Shown here piece after piece: positions 28,130 through 38,925 of a stretch of DNA of 64,000 bases; position 1 is the first letter of the stretch; every line of letters starts with the position of its first letter. The position numbers and the translations under genes were made by a program. Below the pieces are notes generated by a model. The model was not told the origin of the DNA and did not search any database. It saw nothing but the letters and a program-made list of their open reading frames with translations. The stretch comes from Ascidiella aspersa (taxonomy: Eukaryota), in contig OZ004609.1 of assembly GCA_963924565.1 (NCBI GenBank), positions 18,910,001 through 18,974,000 of the forward strand, written 5' to 3'.

Positions 28130-29476
28130 CCCACCAGTGAGACATGGCCCACTGGTTGAGAACCGCTGGTCTATGTTATTGAAACACAAAACCGCCATTA
28201 CGACTATAAGAATGGACAAAATCAAGACCACGGTTATCAATGACTATTGATATGATTTAATTTGCTACTCAAGGTAGCAATTGTAATATCTTTTTAAAAA
28301 CATCGAAATTACGTTTTTTGTTTGTTTTTCGTTTAGTTAAACGAGTCTCTTTACAATAAATACATTCTATAAAAACTATAACTTCAAGCAGGAAAATGCC
28401 AAACGGTCTATATGAAAATATAAATTATTCCCGCTTTGTTAAAGACATCCAAAATATGGGAATAACCAAATTTAGCCGAAGAATTCGTCTAGTCATGTGT
28501 TAAACAAAATCGTCGTCAACAGCGCCTAAGCTGGATTTCATTCAAGCGTACTTTTATTAAATGCCAATGAATACATTGCGCGATTAATTTGGCTAAGGAT
28601 TGTAGTTTAATTTGTTTTACTACAGCTTCCTTAATTGTTGGCGTAACTATAGGGACTAGTTGAGTAGTTGTCGGCCTGTCAGCCCTCTGTTTACTGCAAA
28701 GTCAATTTTATTCAAAGTAAAAATGTGGGAAAGTTTTTTTTTGGGTTTAAAAATCGATGCCGTAATTTGAAACCGGTTTCTAACTCCCGTGTTGTCATGA
28801 GGTTTCAGGACTTCGTGTGTCCCAAAATGTCCCAAACTTATTTTGAGCATATGAACAACCACATAAAATATACAGTCAATTGTTAAAAAAAAAAAAAATT
28901 TTGATATTAAATATTGACGACAATAATGTTGGACATGATATGTTTTTTGTTGCAGACGCACAAATAGGTACTTACAAAAATGTTTCTAGATGTTTCTGTT
29001 TAAACTTTAGTTAAATTAATCAGTCGCCTAATAGAATAACTAGTTTTAAAACGTTTACGGTCTGACGGTAAATAACCTTTAACACGGTAAATAACCTTTT
29101 ACGGTGTGAATGTAAACAACCGTTTTTTAAAAGGTCTTTTAGGAATAAACACATTATAATATGAGAGAACGTCAAAACAAAGTTGACCTATTAGTTGTAA
29201 AGTACAACTCCTAAATTGCAATACCAAAACGTCAATATCAACAAATGTAATATAAATACGGTTTATAGACATAACTCTAAAAAGGTATTTACAACAATAT
29301 TTAGGTCGCGATGCGTAAAAGAGTAAATAAAATAATTTCTTGCCGTTAAAAAGCAAAAACAAAGCGATGATATTAAAAACGTTCTTGATTTGCAACCGAG
29401 ATCTTTTTTGCACTTTATCTTGTAAAAATATTCAATATTTGGTTTGGACTATACGTGTCAGCACTGTTTTAGAGAT

Positions 29477-29860
29477 TCACAAATCGCTGTGACCAATCCT
29501 CTCAGGCTCCAGGTCGCGTACTTCAATGTGGACGTGCTTGCCCAATGCTTTAGCTAGATTGGCTCGAACCACGTCCTTGCAGTCGCCGTCACAGTTTTCT
29601 TTGTCGATAGTCAGCTGGTAACGTAACTTGCTTCCGCTTTCGCCTGTAAAATAAATTGGGATAAATCGATCGATATAATTAACCATGTGGTAAACGCAAT
29701 TTAAAAAATAATCTGTGGCTGGTAAACAAACTGGAACGAGCACTATCACTTAATTTTAATTTGGAACGTTTTTAGTTTATTTGTACTTACCTTTAGTAGA
29801 TTCCAGCATGTTCAAAACTGCAATACAGATTAAAAAAACACTGAGGACCAATCTAGACAT
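29477..29860 (-). CDS. Small secreted protein, 78 aa, unknown family
   Basis: Exon 1 29860-29791 MSRLVLSVFLICIAVLNMLESTK-G (signal-peptide-like; AAAATG context; donor AAG|GTAAGT). Exon 2 29643-29477 after TTTTACAG: ESGSKLRYQLTIDKENCDGDCKDVVRANLAKALGKHVHIEVRDLEPERIGHSDL*. Phase-1 junction is consistent; exon 2 is GC-rich against AT-rich flanks. Confidence 0.75.
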
Positions 29861-30160
29861 TTTAAAACCAAGTCGAAATCGGGATCTAACTTCCAATTAT
29901 TCTATTTAGGAATAATAAAACGTGCTTTATTAGGTATGTTATCAATAGAATAGATGTGGCTCGTTAGCTAAGTGTCCTTTAATTAGAACGAGGTCTTGCT
30001 TTAAATGTTTGGTGTAATTCTTATGTCATGGTGACCACTATAGGTCGGATGCAACCCTTTACAATACACATAATATTGCCAATTTACTAATTTTTTGACA
30101 AACATTTTGGGCGGCTTCTACACAAGTTTAATTCGTTGCATTTGCGAAGTTTGTCTAAAC

Positions 30161-30322
30161 CAGCGAGTTAAAAGTGTTATAAAACTACTTTGAGGGAACG
30201 TGATAACATGTTTTTTTTGGTATACCCGGCAAAAAGTATGTGAAATAGACTCGTGTCTAATTTGTCAAAGAGGCGGCGGGCCGGATGAATTATATCTGCG
30301 GGCCGTAGGTTGCCGTACCCTG
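30161..30322. mobile_element. Short decayed hAT MITE
   Basis: CAG...CCCTG ends, GCGGGCCG subterminal repeats, perfect TSD GTCTAAAC. Confidence 0.65.
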
Positions 30323-31975
30323 GTCTAAACTCTAAATTGTTAAATTTTCAACGCGTCAATATATTAAAAAATTTTTGCGTGAGCCCATACTGCTTTGTGA
30401 ATACAGCTAAAATGCATATCAGCACCGAAATTAAAGAATAGTGTACATACACTAAATATAAGTAATTAAAAAGCTGCTCTTGTTTCTTGTTCTGCTTGTG
30501 CGGCCCGTTGGCATATCGTACTTAAATTATCTCTTGTGGCTCTCAGTAAGACTTAAGTTGAAAACCCCTGCTCTAAAGACCAAAATCTACCAACTCAAAC
30601 CAAACACAAACGACTTGAATATTTACAGCTTGTGAGTTAACCAGTTAAAGAGTTCGCAACAAAACCATGGACCAAACTAGCACTATAACATATAAGACGT
30701 TTTTTCATTTTTATTTACACAGAAAATTTAACTGACCAAAATCATTTTTACACAGAAATTTAAATGACCAAAATCCTAACCAAATATACAAAAAATTACT
30801 GTGATTCGCATTATGGGCTCAACGGTTGAAAACCCCGAACCTGTGGTTAACGGGGTCCATTCGTTTTTGCCTTAAAAATAGCATATTTTATTATTGTCAC
30901 AATTAGCGGACAAAACTTTCATTGCCATTTTATAGGGAATCACATACATGGGTAAAAAAACACTGTCATAATAAACTGTTTCGGCTATGATTTCTCGAGT
31001 TTCCCCCCTTCGAACAGAGATATTTACCGCATGGGATAGCTGGTCTACGTCAGTCATTTAATTTAAGTACTTCATTTGTACGGTGGTATTGTTTGCTTTT
31101 ATATTTATATGTGCACGATAAGTTAAACGTGTTCATTGCCGATAACACCCATACTTTTCCGTTGGTCTATATTGTCATATGCCCACAAAAACCGATTTAT
31201 CTAATATAAAAGAGCTTATCGTTGATTGTAATAAAGGCTTATAATCGTCATTAGTCCTTCGCATCAAAGGGTAAACCTGAAAGCATGCTTAAGCAGCAAG
31301 TTTTAAATCATTTTAAAGTTGTGCACAACGTTTCGCTTTCTTGGTCAGGTAAGATGGCATTAGCGCAATTAGTACGTATCGAACAGCTGATTTTTTTTCA
31401 GTTGCACCCCACTTGCTCTTTACAAGAATTCAGTAAAACCTAGTTAAAGTCATGTGTCAGTCTTGCCTCACTCTGTTCGACGGCCATGTCGTGTTAACAA
31501 AGCAACGTATACCCTTTTCGCTAGTCATAATACGCTGAATGAATAAAGGGAGGAGTGCCGATCTCACTCTTTCTGCAAGAATGAGTTTAAATAAAGCCGC
31601 TCAGGCATTGACAACCAAACACAGAAATCAGTTTAGGTAAAAACTATGGAACGCAAAATATATATTTGGTCTAATCATACTCTTAGCTTTGTCGAATGAC
31701 GTATTTAAATGAAAGATTAATTATGGTGGTATTTGCATCATTTCGTTATCCAGTTATTTACTCATAGCAAAGAGATTATAACCTTATTGCTCATAGAAAA
31801 CTAAACGTAAAATTAGCCAAGCGTATCTGAAAAAACACTTCACATTCGTTGAATTTGTGGGAGTGTAGTTTACGTTTGTTTATCATTGGTGATGTGGCGT
31901 ATTCTTCCACGTTGAGGTTTACAAAAATTCACCAAATGCAAATTGAGTTGCAGTATATAAAATAGACAATTAACG

Positions 31976-33193
31976 ATGTCTCCTGTTTATCAAATAGAGG
32001 GAACTGTACAAAACTACTCTTGGGGAAAAGTGGGAAGCAGTAGTAAAGTGGCGCAACTTCTCTGCGGGAAAAATATTGAAGAAGATAAGCCGTATGCCGA
32101 ATTGTGGATGGGAACTCATCCGAAAGGCCCAAGTACCTTTACTAAGGATGGATCTTCTCTTGCAGAGTTTATTGATAAAAACCGTGAGGTACTTGGAAGC
32201 AAAGTTAAAAATCAATTCGGCAATCTACCTTACCTATTTAAAGTGTTAAGTGTAGCCAGGTCTCTGTCAATTCAGGCACATCCTGACAAGAAATTGGCTG
32301 AAAAGTTACATACTGAAAGGCCTGATGTATACAAAGATGCTAACCACAAACCAGAAATGGCGATTGCATTGACTCGATTTGAGGCACTTTGTGGATTTCG
32401 ACCTGTGAAAGAAATTTTAGATTTTTTCGAAGCTGTCCCAGAATTAGCTAATGTTATTGGTAAAGAATCCATTGCATTGTTAAAAAATGATATCCACCAA
32501 AAGTCTGGTGTAAGTGATGGTTTAAAATCTTGCTTTTCGAATTTGATATTGTGTGAAAAAGCTAAACTAGTACAGCAACTAAATAGTTTAATCACTCGCG
32601 TAAAGAAAATGGTTTCAAATGAAACTGATACAAGCAATTTAAATGGTGAACTTCTCCTTCGATTATACTCTCAATTTCCAGATGATGTTGGCTGCTTTGT
32701 TGTTTACTTTTTAAATCACATTTTTCTTGAACCTGGCGAAGCCTTGTTTTTAGCAGCCAATGTACCACATGCCTATTTGTCTGGTGATTGTATTGAATGT
32801 ATGGCTTGCTCTGATAATGTTGTAAGAGCTGGCTTGACTCCAAAACTGGTGGATGCAGAAACACTTTGCAGTATGTTAAAATATGTGCCGTCAACAATAG
32901 AAGGCCAAAAATTTAAACCAGTTACAACGGGTGACCAATATGAACTACAGTACAATCCACCTATAGATGACTTTGCTGTATTTTGTGTTAAAATACCTGC
33001 TGGCACAGCAAATTATGCATTATCCCTGAGTGAAAGTGCTAGCATTGTTCTAGTGGTTTCTGGTAAAGCTACATTAGCTAACAATGAAGAAAGCATTATA
33101 AGTGGAAATATTTTCTTCATACCTGCACAACAAACTTTGGAGATGTCAACTGCTACAGAAGTTCTTATCTATCGAGCAACATGCATTTTTTAG
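31976..33193 (+). CDS. MPI: Mannose-6-phosphate isomerase (type I PMI), intronless CDS, 405 aa
   Basis: QNYSWGKVG, PYAELWMGTHPKGPS, LPYLFKVLSV..SLSIQAHPDK, YKDANHKPEMAIALT, PHAYLSGDCIECMACSDNVVRAGLTPK. Confidence 0.97.
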   Translation: MSPVYQIEGTVQNYSWGKVGSSSKVAQLLCGKNIEEDKPYAELWMGTHPKGPSTFTKDGSSLAEFIDKNREVLGSKVKNQFGNLPYLFKVLSVARSLSIQAHPDKKLAEKLHTERPDVYKDANHKPEMAIALTRFEALCGFRPVKEILDFFEAVPELANVIGKESIALLKNDIHQKSGVSDGLKSCFSNLILCEKAKLVQQLNSLITRVKKMVSNETDTSNLNGELLLRLYSQFPDDVGCFVVYFLNHIFLEPGEALFLAANVPHAYLSGDCIECMACSDNVVRAGLTPKLVDAETLCSMLKYVPSTIEGQKFKPVTTGDQYELQYNPPIDDFAVFCVKIPAGTANYALSLSESASIVLVVSGKATLANNEESIISGNIFFIPAQQTLEMSTATEVLIYRATCIF

Positions 33194-36100
33194 AAAAGTT
33201 TACCTTATTTGTATGTCCATGTTATGGTGCTTCTGACTTGTTACTTACTGCTTCTTTGTTTTCTGGCTATTACAAACTAACTATTTATATTATTTTTGCT
33301 TCTTTCTTTTTTCAAAATGCTTATTTAATCATTGCACATTATTAATAGTTTTAATCACTTTTAACATTTGACAAAATTTTACACCAGAGCGTGCAACAAA
33401 TAGCATGGGAGCCAGAGCCTGATGCCTTTTGCAATTGCTTCTGTGCCACTTATAAATTGTACAATTTTACGCTCAAACATTTTATATTCTAATGTGGCCT
33501 GTCTCTGAAACTGAAAGGTATTGCAAACTCCTCTGTTATACACAAGTTATTATGACATTGTACAATTAAATGGATAAATTTAAATTGCAGATTTTTATTG
33601 ATAAAACTATAAAAAACAACATTTGTATGTGTAACACATTCTACGTTATTATATCTAATTGCAATGAAGCCATACAGTTTGCAGTTTAATAAATAAACCC
33701 TTGTTCATTTGTGTAAAAACAACACTAAACAAACAGAACAGGTATGTTTTATGTGAAATTGTGTCTCCCACTGATTGTTCTTATTGATCCAAAAATACAA
33801 ATAATGAACATAATTATGCTATTTTATTTTTTTCTAATTTTGGGAATTTACCGCCGCTCGAAAAGTCTAAGGTAGTAGATCTAAGAATATGATAGTTTTC
33901 TAGATATAAAAAAAAAACTCGAAAATTGGATTTTGTAATCCTTTAATTGTTTTTCAAAGCACCAACCAAGATAATCCATACCTTCCTTACTTACTCATAC
34001 TTGGTCCATGTTTTCAAAGACAAAATGGCTGTAATTTTGGTATGATATTGCAATGGTTTCGAGTGTGTGAATTGTTTTCTTGGGTTCCGTTTGGTAAATA
34101 GGTTAAAATTATTGTTGTACAGTATAGACGCGCTAAACACCTGGTAGTTTCACTACTTTTGGCGATTGAACGTCATATCGTAAAAAAATCCTGAGACCTT
34201 ACGTTTCTTTTGCTATTTACAATTAATGTTTCTCATCTCTTGTTAATTTTAAATCAGTGTTTTTGCTGCGATCCAAATACTAAACGTTGAATACAACAAC
34301 GAAGCTTTGGCGACCAAACTCTCTTCACCTAAACTTTTTGCAAGTTCACAAACATTTGCTATTAGTACAAGTTCGAACTTTATTGACATGAACCATGTCT
34401 TCGTTTTTTTTAAGTATTGATGTAGCTCAAAAACAGGAAATCTACAATACTGCAGTATGAATACCTACGGCATAAAAAGCAAAATACGCAGTACCATCCA
34501 TGAAAGAATAACGTCTAATAAAGCAATCTAACAAGACCTAAACCTGTCGAAATAAGTCCTAAATTCATCGGAAAAGGTTTAAATCAACGAAAATGCCTGA
34601 AACCGTAAGAAGTAATGGGTCGCAGTAGGTTGAACGGCGCCGTTAGGCACCGCTGTCGTGGCACCGGATTGTTTGCCACCGTTTAAGGTTAGTGGCGGGC
34701 GAGGGTTAAAAATTGGAATAGAGGGTTGAAATTAATAGGAGAGTTATTGATTAAGTTTGGGTAGATCAAAGGTTGTATAAGCCTTATTCTGGCATTTTAG
34801 ATGTTATTCCAATTTAGAGGTTACTGCGACTATAGATATCCGTCCTATGCCCTAACCAAAAAAGTCGCCCCCTTGCCCTGAAATCGCTCCGGCGTCCGTG
34901 CTTCCATAACAGAAGTTTGCCGGATAGATGGAAACCAGAGGAGGTTAATTGTTCTGGCCTCGGCGAGAGGTTAAGGCGGTCTCTGACGAATACAGTAGAT
35001 ACAAGGTGAAGAGGGCAATTAATAGAATACAAGAGGAATATTGTTTGCCAGATAAAGTTACCGCAAGACAGAGGTACGGAGTCACTACAGCCTAATTCCG
35101 GGTGTATATCTCAACTTACTTTATGATCATTTTTTGCTAGTTGAAAACTTGTGAACAAAATGGTAGCTTCTTATAAAAGGTAATGACTCGTGCGATATTT
35201 GACTACGGTACACCAGTTTCCTCCATTGTTATTTTATTTTCTATTCTGTTTCTTTTAGTATTATATTCCGTAAAATTCTTGAAATCTTTTGGTGTTATCC
35301 TGGGTTCCCAACATTTTTGCAGTTATTAAGTGGCCCTTTTCACAAGAAATTGAACCAACAGGTGAAAAATACCACATGCAAAAAAATGCATTTTGCCAGT
35401 AGGTTTTAGGTACCGGTGTAGGTTTTAGGTACCATTTTAGGTTACTAGGTTTTAGGTACCGGTTCCTATTTCCGCACAAGTTTGGTAGAGAACATATTCA
35501 ATGGTTATATCAACTTCAGTATGGGTATTTGAGGATTATTTGCTTTATGACGTAACTTTCTCTCGTTATCTCTGAAATGTTTTTACTAGCGGCCGTCAGA
35601 AAAGGTTGCCAAATGTTGTGCACCCCCCGCATTGGCTTAAATTTCGGTTTCATATTTGCCCACGACATCAAACGATAACCTTGGGTTACTTTTTTGTGAC
35701 ATGCCACAATGACGAAACTGAATGACGTCAACTCTGGAAATTTTCATGAAACAGGTGGAAAATGTGTCTATTGTTTCAATAAAAAAATAGTTTACTTTCA
35801 CCTCTACTTTACAGATGTAAGGCTTTATACATTATACAAACCACAGGTCGTGAAAATCTTGTTGTCAAAGGTTGTATTTAAAAAAAAACTTAAAAAAAAA
35901 AAAATAAATAAAAAATACTGACCTAAGTTGACAAACATGGCAATTTCAACAGATCCTTATTATTCATACTTTCGATTAAACCAATGCATTGATAAAACCC
36001 TGTGTCTTGTGTGCAACTGAAAACATGCCATTGTGTGCACGCAGGGCCGAAATAAGGCGTGGGCTGATGAGGCGGCAACCCCAGGCCCACAAAAAAATAA

Positions 36101-36270
36101 GCCTTAGCTGCGGTATTCGTAAAAAAGTGCAAAATATTAGTTGTATAATTGCACAACGCAGTTCGTTGGACAACGCACATTTCTTAATATGACTTGAATT
36201 TTGACGTCACGGTATGACGAATTTACCGTACGTCATAGCTGATTTTTATGAGCTTAATTTTAATAGGAAA

Positions 36271-37290
36271 TTAATAGGGCCTTACACTAGCGTATGCCCC
36301 AGGACCGCGTGGTAGTATTATTTTTTGGATATTTATTTCGGCTTTGATTTTATTAAGCCATTTATCTTCAAAAATATCCAAAAGACTGACTAGCGGCATT
36401 TGTACAAATACAACAACAAAACATTGGTGTAAGTGCGGCTTTCTTTCCAATGTGGTAGTATGTTGATCTGCATAGTGCCGTAAGAGCGCAGCTCGGTCGT
36501 TGTTGGCCGAATAATCAAACGTCTTCCAAGTTGCTCGACGAGCATTCCAACGTGTGGAAAACTTGGTTTTAGTTTGACCGACATACTGCTTGTCACACTT
36601 CTTGCAGGTGGCCACATAAATGCCGTAATGGCTACACGTCAAATTTTGACATAGCTGCACACTACCTGTCGGTGTACTTAAAACAGTAGTGTGTGGCACC
36701 ATGGTTTGGTGTTTGCAAAAATTGCCACAAAGAGCACATTTAACATATGGACTCGAAGAACCAATTTTATCGCCAGTCTGCATCCTCGACATTCCTTTAA
36801 AATTTGTGAGGAAATGTGCCAATGTGGGCGGTCTTTTGTATGCGATGCAGGCAAAGGGCTACATTGCTTTATCCTTTTGGGTTAACGAAATGCGCGATGG
36901 AAAAGCGGTAGCCCAAACAATGCGATGGTGAGGCTTAGTTTTAACTTTCGGCCCAAAACGTTCTTTCCAAAACACTGCGACGTGAAATACGTCCTCCGTC
37001 ATTCCCCGATGAAAACCAGAAACGATACATTTTTGCTTCAACCTGTTAAGGTTGTTTTTGTAGTCCACATCCAATTCGTTTAAGCGGCGCATGTGAATCG
37101 CTTCACCAAAAACAATAGATTTAAAAACTAATGGTGGGTGATGTGACGAACCATTGAGAAAATGACGCTCGCTTGCCGTTGGTTTATAATCTCTTGTAAT
37201 AAAACCTTTTGGTGAGCTTTTTGTCACAATATGATTAACATCGAGAAATTCCAAAGCCTTTCTTTCTTCTGCAGTTGATACCTTTCTAAA
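36271..37290 (-). mobile_element. Penelope-like retroelement fragment (Neptune-type): RT C-terminus + GIY-YIG endonuclease, frameshifted
   Basis: EFLDV..YKPTA..FLNGSSHHPPLVFKSIVFGEAIHMRR (36859-37254). Cys linker KCALCGNFCKH then GIYVATCKKCDKQYVGQT..FSTRWN..EDKWLNKI (36271-36822). The 3' end abuts a MITE-like sequence. Confidence 0.9.
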
Positions 37291-37677
37291 CGTAAGTTAG
37301 AGGCCGTAATGTTTAAATCCTATTTGAAGAGAACTTTGTATCTGTCTCGTGTTGTCAGTTCTTGTAGATTTTTTGAAAAAAACATGAACTACAATTTTAT
37401 CAAGTGGCCCCTCATAAGAAGTTTTAGGAGAAGGGGCCTCCCCATAGTTAACACAAAATGTGATGAATGTTATTGTTATTCTTCTTTTATAAACATGAAT
37501 AAGATACAAGGTACGGGGAAATATAAAATATTACTGCTTTCGACCTGTGGGATGTAGCAATGATAGTTGTTATATTATCTTTTGTTTAGTATTATTTTCG
37601 TAAATCAGCCGTGAAATACCAGCCCTGTCAAGCGTGACAAAACAATCCCGTTAAATTTTTCGGGCTGTTGCTCCTGG

Positions 37678-38295
37678 ATGATCTGGAAAAGCATTTTTTG
37701 CTGCAGTTGGAAATTTGCAGCTTTCAGTGGCCTGGCGTGCGTGTTGATTAGCTACTTTATACATTTGTGCATCGTTGAAGAAGTTAATATGGCAGCGGAA
37801 CCGAAAGACATTTACGGTTTTAATGTAACCGACGTTGACGGCAACGAGGTCGTGCTGTCCAAATACTCTGGACTGGTGTGCCTGATAGTGAATGTTGCAT
37901 CCCAATGAGGTTTAACCTCCTCGAACTATGCCCAGTTTGGGCCATTGCTGGAGAAGTACTCACAACAAGGACTGCGAATCCTTGCTTTCCCCTGCAATCA
38001 GTTCAACAACCAAGAACCTAAAAGCAATGCTGAAATTAAAGATTTTGCCCATAATCAGCAAAAAGCCCAGGTTGACCTATTTTCCAAAGTAGACGTTAAT
38101 GGAGACACTGCGATACCACTCTATAAATATCTAAAATCAACTAAGAATGGTTCTGGTTTTCTTACAAACAAAATAAAGTGGAACTTCACAAAGTTTCTTA
38201 TTGACAGAAAAGGACAAGTGCGAAAGAGGTTTAGTCCCACCAGCTCTCCGTCATCCATAAGTAAAGACATAGAAAAGTTGCTGAATGAAAAGTAA
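37678..38295 (+). CDS. GPX4: Phospholipid-hydroperoxide glutathione peroxidase (GPx4-like) selenoprotein, intronless
   Basis: ORFs 37678-37908 and 37945-38295 are one frame joined by TGA 37906-37908 at the catalytic site (IVNVASQ-U-GLT). Also LRILAFPCNQF..QEP and IKWNFTKFLIDRKG; SECIS downstream. Alternative start at 37789 (MAAEPKD). Confidence 0.93.
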
Positions 38296-38659
38296 CTGAA
38301 TAAAAGTGCGGCATTATTTGCGTTGTCTACTAATTATGTTTTAATTGTGTTCTTGTAAAGCAATTGTAATTTAACTTTATGTGGTTGTAATTATGGTATA
38401 CTTCAATATTGTCTAAAAAGGTTTCAATAATTGTTACTTAATGTAATGTTACAGTGTTAAACTGTGATTTGTAGGTGCAAGTTGTATTTTACTATTTTAT
38501 ATTCATTTGGTATTGGAACATTAAAGTTGTACGTGTAGCTAAAATATATTTTTAACTTTTTGTGACAATCGTTTGTAAATTCTTTTAACAGTTCTGACTA
38601 AACCCAATGCATATATGTAAATTGTATGTGCCAAAAGTGTAAAATTATATCTGCCGCTG

Positions 38660-38745
38660 TATTAACCACTCACTGCTTTTGGATGACGATACATTTGCAA
38701 ACTTTCTGTTAAGAGAAATGTGTCTGATTGACTTTTTGTTAACTA
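38660..38745 (+). promoter_or_regulatory. SECIS element in GPx 3' UTR
   Basis: ATGAC (38683) - helix GATACATTT / AAATGTGTC - apical AAA with mini-stem - TGAT (38725), i.e. the canonical UGA/GA quartet (form 2 layout). Confidence 0.85.
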
Positions 38746-38925
38746 GCATTGCCAAACTGACTAGTGAGTAAGTCTTTTTGACAAGAGTTGGCTGACAATA
38801 AGTAAAGCATGGTGCTAACATACATGTGTTCAATTATAAACATTCCAGTAATTATCTTGCAGAAAACATCAGGTAAACAAAAAGTTCTGTTTTAGTTCAA
38901 AACATTAAAAAAATTGTTTGCTACA

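Larger units (their letters stand above)
25712..28168. mobile_element. Outer hAT MITE of a nested cluster
   Basis: Ends CAGTGG(TTCTTA..) / GGTTGAGAACCGCTG; TSD GTCTATGT at 25704-25711 and 28169-28176; TGGCCCA subterminal repeats. Confidence 0.85.

Noticed and set aside
29899-29915. ATTCTATTTAGGAATAA resembling the Ciona spliced leader
   Set aside because: Imperfect, AT-rich and not followed by a splice donor or Sm site.
32272-33006. Antisense ORFs over MPI (and similar shadow ORFs over other exons)
   Set aside because: By-products of the real coding strand.
35400-35465. TTTTAGG repeats as an interstitial telomere
   Set aside because: Units are interleaved with GGTACC and are not a tandem TTAGGG array; probably TE subterminal repeats.
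36060-36090. CTGATGAG next to the Penelope fragment as a second hammerhead
   Set aside because: No stem II followed by GAAA; it lies in a MITE-like sequence.
37678-38295. GPx as a pseudogene or two genes
   Set aside because: The stop is a UGA at the catalytic Sec position and a SECIS is present.
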